Below, in pieces: positions 19,088-28,383 of a stretch of 64,000 nt of DNA. Position 1 is the first letter of the stretch; the number at the start of each line of letters is the position of its first letter. The notes below the pieces were generated by a model. It was not told the DNA's origin, searched no databases, and saw only the letters and a program-made list of their open reading frames with translations. A program made the position numbers and the translations under genes. The DNA comes from Candidatus Multivoradales bacterium (GTDB taxonomy: Bacteria > Acidobacteriota > Thermoanaerobaculia > Multivoradales > JAHEKO01): contig CBDCVR010000013.1 in assembly GCA_965223155.1 (NCBI GenBank), positions 320,001 to 384,000 on the forward strand. The letters run 5' to 3'.

Positions 19088-20098
19088 TCAACTTTCGGGT
19101 TTCTCGGCGCTGGAGCTTGCCGCGGGCTCGGCCGACCGCTCGCTGCCACGCGAATCGCGCCCACCGGTCATGGCCTCCTCGAGCCGTCGGGCGAACTCCT
19201 GAGCGGAGTTGTGACCCTGTAACTTAAGAACATGATTGCGAGCGGCAACCTCGACCAGGATCGACAAGTTCCTCCCCAGAGCTACGGGCATCTTGATGTA
19301 CGGCACCGGTGTCTCCAGGATGTGGTGCACGGACTCGTCCAGGCCCAGCCGGTCATAGGCCCGGGTCTCGTCCCAGGACTCGAGCTCGATCACCAGGTCG
19401 ATCGACTTGCGCTCGCGCACCGCCGCGAGACCGAAGAGATCCTGTACGTTGACGATGCCCAGCCCGCGCAGCTCCATGTGATGATGCAGCGGCCCCTCGG
19501 ACGAGCCCAAGAGCTCGCCCCGCGGGTAGCGCTTGACCGTGACGCGGTCGTCGGCGACCAGGGAGTGCCCTCGAGTGATGAGGTCGAGGGCGCATTCGCT
19601 CTTGCCTACCCCGCTCTCGCCGATCAAGAGCACGCCCAACCCGTAGACGTCCAGGAGCACGCCGTGGACGAAGGTCGAGGGCACCAGGTGTTCTTCCAGG
19701 AAGTTGCTGACGCTCTTGATGACGGTCGAGGACAAGGCCGTAGATGACATCACAGCCCGGCGATGCTCGCGGCAGGCCTCGATGAGGCCCGGAACCGGCT
19801 CGAGGCCCTTGGTGATGATGAAGACCGGCACTTCCAGTCCAGCGATCGAGTCCAGGCGCTCGGCGCGGGTTTCGGCATCAAGAGTCTCCAGGAACCTGAT
19901 CTCGCTCTCGCCGACGATCTGAACCCGGCCGGGTTTGATGTAGCGATAGAAACCGGCGAAGGCGAGGCCGGGCTTCTGCACCCGGGGATTCAGGATACGA
20001 GCGTCCAGCACGTCCTCGCCGCAGACGACGGAGAACTCGAGGCGAGCCAGATCGCTGCCGAGCAGCTCGCGAACCAAGACGTGGGAGTTTCCCGCCAT
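19088..20098 (-). CDS. hprK: HPr kinase/phosphorylase
   Basis: HGVLLDVYGLGVLLIGESGVGKSE, LVADD, MELRGLGI, GRNL. Confidence 0.97.
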   Translation of the reverse strand: MAGNSHVLVRELLGSDLARLEFSVVCGEDVLDARILNPRVQKPGLAFAGFYRYIKPGRVQIVGESEIRFLETLDAETRAERLDSIAGLEVPVFIITKGLEPVPGLIEACREHRRAVMSSTALSSTVIKSVSNFLEEHLVPSTFVHGVLLDVYGLGVLLIGESGVGKSECALDLITRGHSLVADDRVTVKRYPRGELLGSSEGPLHHHMELRGLGIVNVQDLFGLAAVRERKSIDLVIELESWDETRAYDRLGLDESVHHILETPVPYIKMPVALGRNLSILVEVAARNHVLKLQGHNSAQEFARRLEEAMTGGRDSRGSERSAEPAASSSAEKPES

Positions 20099-20133
20099 GG
20101 CGGTATTCTCTCAGAGGCGGCGGGCCGCGGCGC

Positions 20134-20583
20134 TCAGGAATCGCCCAGGCGCGCGAAGATGGCCTCGACCGAAGTCTCTTCCAACAGAGCCTCGACGTGG
20201 CCGTCGTCCTGAACCCAGCGCGAGATCGCCGCCAACGACTGTAGATGAGCGGCGGGCTTCTTCTCGGGCGCGAGCACCAGGAAAACCAGCCGGACGGCCT
20301 CGCCGTCGGCGGCGTCGAAATCGACTCCGGTACGGTGAAGGCCGACGCAGAGAATCACCTCGTCGAGCTCGCGCAGCCGGCAGTGCGGGACCGCGACTGC
20401 TTTGCCGATGCCGGTCGTGCCGAGTTCCTCGCGCTCGCGTAGCTTGGCGCACAGAAGCTCGGTCTTGGTGGCGAGTCCGGCTTCGGCGACGCGCGCAGCC
20501 AGGGCTTGAAGCAGCGAGTCGCGATCGGTCCCCGGGAGGTCCGGGAAAATCAGCTCCTGCCGGGTCAGAGATTGGAGAGTCAT
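20134..20583 (-). CDS. ptsN: PTS EIIA nitrogen-regulatory (Ntr/Fru-type) protein
   Basis: REELGTTGIGKAVAVPHC, FDAADG; located in the rpoN operon. Confidence 0.88.
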   Translation of the reverse strand: MTLQSLTRQELIFPDLPGTDRDSLLQALAARVAEAGLATKTELLCAKLREREELGTTGIGKAVAVPHCRLRELDEVILCVGLHRTGVDFDAADGEAVRLVFLVLAPEKKPAAHLQSLAAISRWVQDDGHVEALLEETSVEAIFARLGDS

Positions 20584-20614
20584 CGCTGGAGACGGGTCCG
20601 GGAGGCGCCGCGCG

Positions 20615-21172
20615 CTACCCTTCGGGCGCGATCAATCCGTAGTTCTGATCGTGCCGCTTGTAGAGCACGTGGACGCGGTCGGACTCGGCGTCGCGATAGA
20701 CGACGAAGTCGTTCCGCGAGTCTCGCAGGGCCAGGGACGCTTCTTCGAGGCTCATCGGCTTGATCGGAAACTCGGCTGACTTGATGACGCGGGGCTGGCC
20801 GTCGCCGGCGAGAGACTCCGCGGCGAGAACATCCACGGGCCAGGCGCTTTCGGTCAGGCGGGCCTTGGCCTTGCCGCCGCGCCGCTTCTTGCCCTTGGCC
20901 TTCTCGCGCGAACGCCGGGCCTGCTTTTCAACCTTGTCCACGGCCTGACGGATCGCCTCCTTCAGGTCGCCAGTCTCCTCTTTGGCGTGGAGCGATCCGA
21001 AGCGGTGGCTCGCATGCACCTCGGCGGTCTTGCGATGCTCCTCGTCTTCGAGAGTGAGGCGGATCTCGATCGGCTCCTCCAGAAACCGGGCCACCTTGCC
21101 GAGGCGGCGCTCGGCGTAGGCGCGGAGCTTGTCTTCCAGGTCGAAATGACGGGCGGCGAATTCGACGTTCAT
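20615..21172 (-). CDS. hpf: Ribosome hibernation promoting factor (long HPF)
   Basis: RaiA N-terminal domain plus KPMSLEEA...VLYKRHDQNYGLI C-terminal domain; downstream of rpoN. Confidence 0.93.
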   Translation of the reverse strand: MNVEFAARHFDLEDKLRAYAERRLGKVARFLEEPIEIRLTLEDEEHRKTAEVHASHRFGSLHAKEETGDLKEAIRQAVDKVEKQARRSREKAKGKKRRGGKAKARLTESAWPVDVLAAESLAGDGQPRVIKSAEFPIKPMSLEEASLALRDSRNDFVVYRDAESDRVHVLYKRHDQNYGLIAPEG

Positions 21173-21221
21173 CAGACTTTGGGTCTCCCGAGTAGGTTGG
21201 TGAATTGGGGTCCGCCTCCGG

Positions 21222-22670
21222 TCAGAAGATCTTCTTTCGCTGGGTCGAGGACGGGATCATCAACTCGTCCCGATACTTTGCAACCGTTCGACGGGCGATA
21301 TTGATTCCCTCGCGCTTCAAGATTCGAGTCAGCTCACTGTCGGACAGCGGGCGCTCCGTGTCTTCGTTCTCAATCAGGCGCTGGATCTTGCGCTTGACGG
21401 TGAGCGACGAGATGTCGGCGCCGTACTCGCTCTCGATTCCCGAGTGGAAGAAGAACTTCATCGGGAAGACGCCGCGAGGGGTGTGGATATACTTGTTGGA
21501 AACGACGCGGCTGACCGTGGACTCGTGCATGCCGATGTCGTCGGCCACGTCACGCAGCACCATCGGGCGCAGCCGCTCGATGCCGTGGTCTAGAAAGGCC
21601 CGTTGCTGCTTGACGATCGACTCCGCCACCTTGTAGATGGTGCGCTGTCGCTGGTCCAAGCTCTTGATCAGCCAGAGCGCCGAGCGCAGCTTCTCCTTGA
21701 GGAAATTCTTGGCATCGACCTGCGACTTGTCGGCCTGAAACGAGCGAAGCATGCGCCGGTAGGCGTGGCTCACGCGTAAACGCGGCAAGCCGTCGTCGTT
21801 GAGCTGGATGACGTACTTGCCGGAGACCTTGAGGACGTAGACGTCCGGCTCGACGTAGTCGGCGCGCTCTACGCTGAAGGCCCGGCCGGGCCGGGTGTCC
21901 AGGGTCTTGACCTGATCGACCACCGGCCTCAGCTCTTCGAGCTCGATCTCGAGCGCCTTGGCGATGGCCGGGAACTGCCGCTTCAGGAACAGGTCCCAGT
22001 GGTGCTCGACGACGACCCGCACCAGGGATTCTTCGGGCTCGCCGGTGTGGTCGAGCTGGGCCAGGAGGCACTCGCGGAGTGTCGACCAGGCGACACCCGG
22101 CGGATCCAGCCCGCGCACCAGCTCCAAGGCCTCGGCCACCTCCTCGGGGGAGTAGGGCTCCACCCCGATCAGGCCGTCGCCCATCTCGCGAATCTCCTCG
22201 GGCGTCGCCACCAGGAAGCCATCCGGACTCAGGTTGCCAACGATCAGCTCGGCGATCTCTCGAGCTCGGGGCGCGAGCTCCAGCATGTGGAGCTGCCAGA
22301 GCAAGTGGTCGTAGAGATCCGGCTCGTTGCGAAGGGTGTTCTCGAGGGGCGGGGCCTCCCGGACCTCGGGCCGGCTGTCCGACGGCAGCCCCGGCCCAGC
22401 GTCGAGGTACTCGCTGAAGTAGGCCTCGATATCGATGTCGTCGAGCGGATCGGACTCTTCTTCGGCTTCTTGGTCCTCCTCGCCTTCCTCGGCCGTGGGA
22501 CCTTCCTCGAACTCGCCTTCTTCCAGAACCGGATTCTCCACCAGCTCTTGGGTGATGGTGTTCTGGAGCTCCAGCCGCGTCATTTGCAGCAGCTTGATCG
22601 CCTGCTGCAGCGACGGCGTCATGACCAGCTTCTGCGCTAGTCGGAGCTGAAGCTTTTGTTCTAAGGCCAT
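21222..22670 (-). CDS. rpoN: RNA polymerase sigma-54 factor
   Basis: MTPSLQQAIKLLQM, MHESTVSRV, RpoN box ARRTVAKYR. Confidence 0.99.
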   Translation of the reverse strand: MALEQKLQLRLAQKLVMTPSLQQAIKLLQMTRLELQNTITQELVENPVLEEGEFEEGPTAEEGEEDQEAEEESDPLDDIDIEAYFSEYLDAGPGLPSDSRPEVREAPPLENTLRNEPDLYDHLLWQLHMLELAPRAREIAELIVGNLSPDGFLVATPEEIREMGDGLIGVEPYSPEEVAEALELVRGLDPPGVAWSTLRECLLAQLDHTGEPEESLVRVVVEHHWDLFLKRQFPAIAKALEIELEELRPVVDQVKTLDTRPGRAFSVERADYVEPDVYVLKVSGKYVIQLNDDGLPRLRVSHAYRRMLRSFQADKSQVDAKNFLKEKLRSALWLIKSLDQRQRTIYKVAESIVKQQRAFLDHGIERLRPMVLRDVADDIGMHESTVSRVVSNKYIHTPRGVFPMKFFFHSGIESEYGADISSLTVKRKIQRLIENEDTERPLSDSELTRILKREGINIARRTVAKYRDELMIPSSTQRKKIF

Positions 22671-22709
22671 GGTTCTAGAGGCGTTGTTCGTGAGGCATGG
22701 CGCATCGAG

Positions 22710-23510
22710 CTAGAGGACGAAATCTTCCCCGAGGTAGATCTTGCGGACTTCGGGATCCTGGGACAGCGTGGAGGGATCGCCGGAGCGGAGGATCTCACCG
22801 TTGTTGATGATATAGGCGCGGTCGGTGATCTTCAAAGTATCGCGCACGTTGTGGTCGGTGATGAGGACTCCGATTCCCATGTCGCGCAGATGCCGCACGA
22901 TGTTCTGGATGTCGCGCACCGCGATCGGGTCGATGCCGGCGAAGGGCTCGTCGAGCAGGATGAAGGACGGATCGATTACCAGCGCGCGGGCGATCTCCAC
23001 CCGCCGCCGCTCGCCGCCCGACAGGGCGTAGGCCGGACTACGCCGGACCTTCGCGAGGCCGAACTGATCGATGAGCTGTTCCAGCCGGCCGTGCCGCTCG
23101 GTCTGCGACAGATCGGGGATGGTCTCGAAAATCGAGCGCAGGTTGTCCTCGACCGACATCTTCTTGAAAACCGAAGGCTCCTGCGGCAGGTAACTGATGC
23201 CCTTGCGGGCGCGCAGGTACATGGGCACGGCGGTGATGTCCTCGCCCCCCAGAAAGACCCGCCCCGCATCGGGTCGAGTCACGCCCACCACCATGTAGAA
23301 GACTGTAGTTTTGCCAGCGCCGTTGGGACCCAAGAGCCCGACGATGTCGCCGGCGGCGACGTCGATCGAGACGTTCTGGACGACCGCGCGACCGCTGTAG
23401 ACCTTGCGCAGGTTGCGAGCTCCAAGGGTGGTTCGCCCGTCCTGGGTCTGAGGCGGCGACAGACTGTCCTCGTCGAGCGGCATGGCGGGTGTGAGGTCCC
23501 TATCGCTCAC
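22710..23510 (-). CDS. lptB: LPS export ABC transporter ATPase (start approximate)
   Basis: [55 protein letters not shown]. Confidence 0.96.
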   Translation of the reverse strand: MSDRDLTPAMPLDEDSLSPPQTQDGRTTLGARNLRKVYSGRAVVQNVSIDVAAGDIVGLLGPNGAGKTTVFYMVVGVTRPDAGRVFLGGEDITAVPMYLRARKGISYLPQEPSVFKKMSVEDNLRSIFETIPDLSQTERHGRLEQLIDQFGLAKVRRSPAYALSGGERRRVEIARALVIDPSFILLDEPFAGIDPIAVRDIQNIVRHLRDMGIGVLITDHNVRDTLKITDRAYIINNGEILRSGDPSTLSQDPEVRKIYLGEDFVL

Positions 23511-25659
23511 GGGTGCCCTCTTCTTCTTGGCTGGATTCGTCGCCGCCGGCCGACTCTGGGCCAACTCCGGATTCGGCCTCGGTGCTGGTGGCGGATTCGG
23601 TCTCGAGGCCCGCGCTGCCCGCGCTCTGGAGCTCGGCTTCGGCGCGTTCGAGGTCGTACACCACGGTCTGGCCGCGCACCACCATGCCGTTGGGCCGCTC
23701 CAGGGTGACCGGCGACCCCGTCACCGTGACGCTCGAGTCTTCGGGCCGGTAGACGGCTTCGCGGCCGCGTACCTTGTGCCCACCCTGGGGGTCGTCGATG
23801 AGTACGTTGGTGCGGCACACCAAGCGATCCAGGTCGGAGTCCTCGCCCAGGAAGACTTCGAGGTCGGAGCATTCCATGAGTCGTCCCGCCTGGCGCATCT
23901 TCGGAGAGTCAGTGTAGTGCACCCTCCCCTGCCGCCGTTGGTACCGAAACTCGCCGGCGGTGACCTCGACCGGAGCGTCGGAGGCGAAGAGGCCTTCTCC
24001 GCTCTGGACTTCTCCTCCGGCCTCCCCTTCGACCGCTTCGGGTGCCGCTGCTGCCACGCCGTTGTCCTCCGGAGCGCCCGCTGCGGCGCCCGCATCCGGC
24101 TCACGAACCAGCACGGTCTTGATCTTGCCGATCCCCGTGAGATCACCGCCCGCCTCCCCCACCAGGCGATTGGCGGTCAGAAAGCTCTCGCCTTGCCAGG
24201 CGCGGACGGCGCCCACGAAGGTGAACTCGCCGTCGGCCCGGCTCCAGGTGGCGTCTTCCGAGGTCAGCTCCACCGGCCGGCGGCGGGACTCGGTTCCGGT
24301 CGATACCAGGGCGACGTCGCCGCCCGGTGGAAATACCGCGCGGATGCCGCCGGAGGCTTCCAGGTCGCCGCTCCGGGCGGCGTACTCGATCGACGGCGCC
24401 GCGAGCTCGCCCTGGGCCGTGTAGACCGATGCCGGCTTGCCCCGGACGGTCACCCGCGAGGAGCTGCCGCCCGTAGCTTCCAGGACATCGCCCGAGGCTT
24501 GCCAGCCGGGCCGGTGGAGATCCACCCGGCCTTCCAGCTCGAGCCGATCGAGGTCTCCCTGCCGGTCGAAGGTGAGGACCGCGTCGGCGCCACAGGTTCG
24601 GCTCAGCTCCACGCCCGGTTGAAAGCTCAGGAACTCGGTCACCGTCACCGGCCGAGCCGTGTTGGCGCGGTGCAGCACGCCGTTCCGAAACCGGGCCACG
24701 ATCCGAGGGGTCACGACCCGTCGCACCCAGCCGGTGTCGTCTTCTTGGTCCAGGCGGGCCAGGCCGCCGGCCGGTGCCTGGATCTCGACCAGCCGGGGCT
24801 CCTCGCCGGCGTCGTCATAGCGTAGCGAGACCTCGGCGCCCAAAAAGCCGATGCGCTGGGTGAAGCCGCGCTCGTCGTCGCGGACCACGAGCCCCTGGAC
24901 GTCCCAGCGCGCGCGCACGAAGGCGGGCTTCGAGCCATCTGCGGACAGGGTCACGGCCAGGCGGCGGCAGGCCATGCGGTCCCGGTCTCGGGCCAGGGTG
25001 ACGCCGCCTTCGGCGTGGATCATTCCGGCCGGCTCGTCGTAGGTAATCCGATCCGCGCGGAGCTCCATCGGTCCGGCGACGCCCTGGAGCTGGACGCGGC
25101 CCGAGAGGACGTAGAGGTCCTTCGTGAGATGGACGTTGAGCTCGCGCGCGCTGCCCGTCAGGCGCCCGTCCACGGCGAGACGTACCGGGCCGCGGCTGGT
25201 GAGAAAACGGCCCTTGCGGGTGAGATCGAAACGCCGGCCGCGGAGCTCGACGCCGTTGGTCCCGGTCAGGACCACGTTGCCCTCCACGACAGCGGTCTTG
25301 GTCTCGGTGCGGTAGGTGCCGCTCTCGGCGGTGAGCTCGTAGACGTCGCCCGAGTCCCGCTCCACCTTGATGCGGATTCCTTCGAGCGTGGCGATGTTCT
25401 GCTTGTCGGTCACCACCCGGTCGGCCGAGATATGAAACAGGCGTTGGTCGCCGTCCGTGACCTCGTAGTCGAAGCCCTTGCCTGAGGTCAGAATGTCGGC
25501 GATGCCGTCGAGCGGCGACTCGGCCGGGGTGTCGAGCGACGAAGGCGTGGCCAGCCGCTTCGAGATGAAGAGGGTTACGACAATGCCCAGAAACAGCGCC
25601 AGGGCCAAGAGTAGCCCGCGCCGGATGAGCTGAATCGGCCGATATCCGGTGCCACCCAC
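23500..25659 (-). CDS. Long LptC/LptA (OstA-like beta-jellyroll) LPS bridge protein, 719 aa
   Basis: One N-terminal TM anchor followed by repeated beta-strand motifs (AEGGVTL, LEGRVDL, ASGGIRA, TGSPVTL); directly upstream of lptB. Confidence 0.8.
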   Translation of the reverse strand: MGGTGYRPIQLIRRGLLLALALFLGIVVTLFISKRLATPSSLDTPAESPLDGIADILTSGKGFDYEVTDGDQRLFHISADRVVTDKQNIATLEGIRIKVERDSGDVYELTAESGTYRTETKTAVVEGNVVLTGTNGVELRGRRFDLTRKGRFLTSRGPVRLAVDGRLTGSARELNVHLTKDLYVLSGRVQLQGVAGPMELRADRITYDEPAGMIHAEGGVTLARDRDRMACRRLAVTLSADGSKPAFVRARWDVQGLVVRDDERGFTQRIGFLGAEVSLRYDDAGEEPRLVEIQAPAGGLARLDQEDDTGWVRRVVTPRIVARFRNGVLHRANTARPVTVTEFLSFQPGVELSRTCGADAVLTFDRQGDLDRLELEGRVDLHRPGWQASGDVLEATGGSSSRVTVRGKPASVYTAQGELAAPSIEYAARSGDLEASGGIRAVFPPGGDVALVSTGTESRRRPVELTSEDATWSRADGEFTFVGAVRAWQGESFLTANRLVGEAGGDLTGIGKIKTVLVREPDAGAAAGAPEDNGVAAAAPEAVEGEAGGEVQSGEGLFASDAPVEVTAGEFRYQRRQGRVHYTDSPKMRQAGRLMECSDLEVFLGEDSDLDRLVCRTNVLIDDPQGGHKVRGREAVYRPEDSSVTVTGSPVTLERPNGMVVRGQTVVYDLERAEAELQSAGSAGLETESATSTEAESGVGPESAGGDESSQEEEGTRER

Positions 25660-25668
25660 CGATGCATT

Positions 25669-27384
25669 CTAGCTCGCGCTTCCCGCCGGCCGGGCATCCA
25701 CCAGTTCGACCGCCGGCCGCCCCAGAAAGCGGTCCATCGTGAGGCGGCCCAGGATCTCGAACGGGCGCTCGAAGGTCTCGCGCCGATCCGCCCAGCGCCA
25801 GGCGGTGACGTCCACCCACGCTCCCGCCGCCGAGCGGGCCCGCAGACCCAGGTGCCCCGAGCCGAACTCCCGGGGCGCGCCGGGCAGCTCGAGCGGCCCC
25901 AGGTGGAAGAGCGGCCGCCGGTTGCCGACACCGAAGGGCTCCAGCCGCTCGACCTCGGCCACCAGCTCGGGAGTCAGCTCTTCCGGCTGGAGATGCTCCT
26001 CGAAGACGTGCTCGCGAACGAGCTGCTCGGGGTCCCAGGCGGCCGCGCCCTCCAAGATCGCCGCGTAGACCGCCTCCAGCTCGGCGGCCGGAAGGGAGAG
26101 CCCCACCGCCTGGGAGTGGCCTCCGAACCGATCCAGGCGCTCTTCGTAGCCCATCAGGAAGTCGTGGAGGTGCACTCCCGGTACGCTCCTCCCTGATCCG
26201 GTCGCGACCTCGCCGTCCAAGTTGAGCAGAACCGTCGGCCGGTGGAATTCCCGTGCGATCCTGCCGGCGGCGATGCCCAGGACCCCCTTGTGCCAATCGG
26301 GCGACCAGGCCATGAGGAAGCGGGGCACGCCCGCCGTCGCTTCTCCGTCTCCCTCGCCTCCCTCCACGACTGCCGCGCGGGCCTCTTCGACGACCCGGAG
26401 CTCTTCCTGGCGGCGCTCGTCGTTCCATGCGTTGAGACGCTCGGCCACGGCGCGGGCACGGGCGGCATCCCGCGCCAGCAGCAGCTCCAGCGCCGCGTCG
26501 GGAGCGTCCATCCGTCCGGCGGCATTGAGCCGCGGCGCCAGCCGGAAGCCGACATCCGAGGCGCGAATCGGAGCGCTGACGTTCGAAACCTCCAGAAGCG
26601 CCTTGAGGCCCGGTGAGCGGGCGGTCTCGAGGGCGCGCAGTCCCAGGGCCGCGATCGCCCGGTTCTCTCCGGTCAGCGGCACGAGGTCCGCGATTGTGCC
26701 CAGGCAAGCGACCCGCAGAAGGACGCCCGGATCGACCGGTCGCTGTGCCGCTTCCGCCAGCGCCAGAGCCAGCTTGAAGGCCACTCCGGCACCGCAGAGC
26801 TGACCGTAGGGATACTCGCAGCCGGGCTGATGCGGGTTGATCAGAACCACTCGCGGGTCGAGCGGTTCTCCGGGAAGGTGGTGGTCGGTGACGATCACCG
26901 CGATGCCTTCGGCCAGGGCGGCGCCGGCCGCTGCATGCGACTTGGTGCCGCAGTCGGCGGTCACCAGGACGCGGACTCCTTCGGCCGCCGCCCGCTCGAC
27001 ATGAACCGGCTGGAAGCCGTAGCCCTCGGCCATGCGATGCGGCAGGATCGGTATCGAGTCGATGCGGCAGGCCCGGAACACCGCGGTCAGAATCGCGGTG
27101 GCGCTCACCCCGTCGGCGTCGTAGTCGCCGACGATCGCCACCCGCTCGCCAGCGGTCCGGGCCGCCAGCAGCCGTTCGACGGCGGCATCGACCCCGAGCA
27201 AGAGCCGTGGGTCGTGGAGATCCTCGGTCGCCGGCTCCAAGAAGCGCCGGACGGCCTCTGGATCTTCGATGCCTCGCCGTGCCAGGAGGCGCGCCAGCCG
27301 CGGGGAGAGGTCGGCGTCGACCAGAGCTTCGAGCTCCGACGACGGCACCGGCGGAGCTTCGCGCCAGCGCGCCCGAACGCTCAA
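25669..27384 (-). CDS. recJ: Single-stranded-DNA-specific exonuclease RecJ
   Basis: GDYDADG, TADCG, TDHH, GTIADLVPL.GENR, APRLNAAGR, GGHSQA, EPFGVGN; TTG start overlaps the accA stop. Confidence 0.96.
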   Translation of the reverse strand: MSVRARWREAPPVPSSELEALVDADLSPRLARLLARRGIEDPEAVRRFLEPATEDLHDPRLLLGVDAAVERLLAARTAGERVAIVGDYDADGVSATAILTAVFRACRIDSIPILPHRMAEGYGFQPVHVERAAAEGVRVLVTADCGTKSHAAAGAALAEGIAVIVTDHHLPGEPLDPRVVLINPHQPGCEYPYGQLCGAGVAFKLALALAEAAQRPVDPGVLLRVACLGTIADLVPLTGENRAIAALGLRALETARSPGLKALLEVSNVSAPIRASDVGFRLAPRLNAAGRMDAPDAALELLLARDAARARAVAERLNAWNDERRQEELRVVEEARAAVVEGGEGDGEATAGVPRFLMAWSPDWHKGVLGIAAGRIAREFHRPTVLLNLDGEVATGSGRSVPGVHLHDFLMGYEERLDRFGGHSQAVGLSLPAAELEAVYAAILEGAAAWDPEQLVREHVFEEHLQPEELTPELVAEVERLEPFGVGNRRPLFHLGPLELPGAPREFGSGHLGLRARSAAGAWVDVTAWRWADRRETFERPFEILGRLTMDRFLGRPAVELVDARPAGSAS

Positions 27385-28334
27385 GTCTCGGTCAGAAAGC
27401 CGATCCTGCGGAAGCGCTCGTAGCGCTCGGCCAGCAACCGGTCGCTCGGCGTGCCATCCAGGTCGGCAAGCGCTTCGGCGATCGTGCCGCCCACGTTCTG
27501 GATCGCCTCGCTGGAGTTGGCGTGGGCTCCGCCCAGGGGCTCGGGGATGACGCCGTCCACCACGCCCAGCTCGAAGATGTCGGGCGCGGTCAAGCGCAAG
27601 GCCTCGGCGGCGGTCTCCTTCTTGTTCTGGTCCTTCCAAAGAATCGCGGCACAGCCTTCGGGCGAGATCACCGAATAGACCGAGTACTCGAGCATGTAGA
27701 CCCGGTCGCCGATGGCGATTCCCAGGGCCCCGCCGCTGCCGCCCTCGCCGGTGATCGTGACCACGATCGGCGTCTCAAGAGCCGCCATCTCCACCAGGTT
27801 GCGGGCGATGGCTTCAGCCTGGCCCCGCTGTTCCGCGCCCAGGCCGGGAAAGGCTCCGGGAGTGTCCACGAAACACAGGATCGGAAGATGGAAGCGTTCG
27901 GCCAGGTGCATCAGGCGCAAGGCCTTGCGGTAGCCCTCGGGCCGGGCCTGTCCGAAATTGCGTTGAATCCGAGACTTGGTGCTGCGCCCCTTTTGGTGTC
28001 CGACCACCGCGACCGAGCGGCCCATGAAGCGCGCGAAGCCGGTCACGATCGCCGGATCGTCCGCAAAGGTACGGTCGCCGTGGATCTCCACCCAGTCGCT
28101 CATCAGCGTTTCGACGTAGTCGAGGGCGTGCGGACGCTCGGAGTGCCGCGCGACCAGGGTCTTTTCCCAGCGGGAGAGCTTCCGGTAGACCTCCTGCGTG
28201 GCCTTGTCGAGCTTGACCCGCAGCCGGCCGATCTCGCGCTGGCGGCCGGCGGCTTCGGGATAGGACTCCAGCTCTTCGATGCGGCTCCGGAGCTCCACCA
28301 GCGGCGCTTCGAAGGGAATCTCGGGCGTGCGCAT
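27381..28334 (-). CDS. accA: Acetyl-CoA carboxylase carboxyltransferase alpha subunit
   Basis: HGDR, PEGYRKALR, DTPGAFPG, GEGGSGGALG, YSVISPEGCAAILW. Confidence 0.98.
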   Translation of the reverse strand: MRTPEIPFEAPLVELRSRIEELESYPEAAGRQREIGRLRVKLDKATQEVYRKLSRWEKTLVARHSERPHALDYVETLMSDWVEIHGDRTFADDPAIVTGFARFMGRSVAVVGHQKGRSTKSRIQRNFGQARPEGYRKALRLMHLAERFHLPILCFVDTPGAFPGLGAEQRGQAEAIARNLVEMAALETPIVVTITGEGGSGGALGIAIGDRVYMLEYSVYSVISPEGCAAILWKDQNKKETAAEALRLTAPDIFELGVVDGVIPEPLGGAHANSSEAIQNVGGTIAEALADLDGTPSDRLLAERYERFRRIGFLTET

Positions 28335-28383
28335 GGGCTCGCCAACGTAGCAAAGCCCCGGCCCGGGCGCAACGAGGCGGCCC

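Noticed and set aside
25492-25510. Second copy of the parS-like palindrome (AATGTCGGCGATGCCGTC)
   Set aside because: One-base insertion and a mismatched right arm, inside a CDS; likely chance
24815-26707. 630-aa alternative-frame ORF over recJ and the Lpt bridge gene
   Set aside because: Arg/Gly/Pro-rich off-frame translation of real genes
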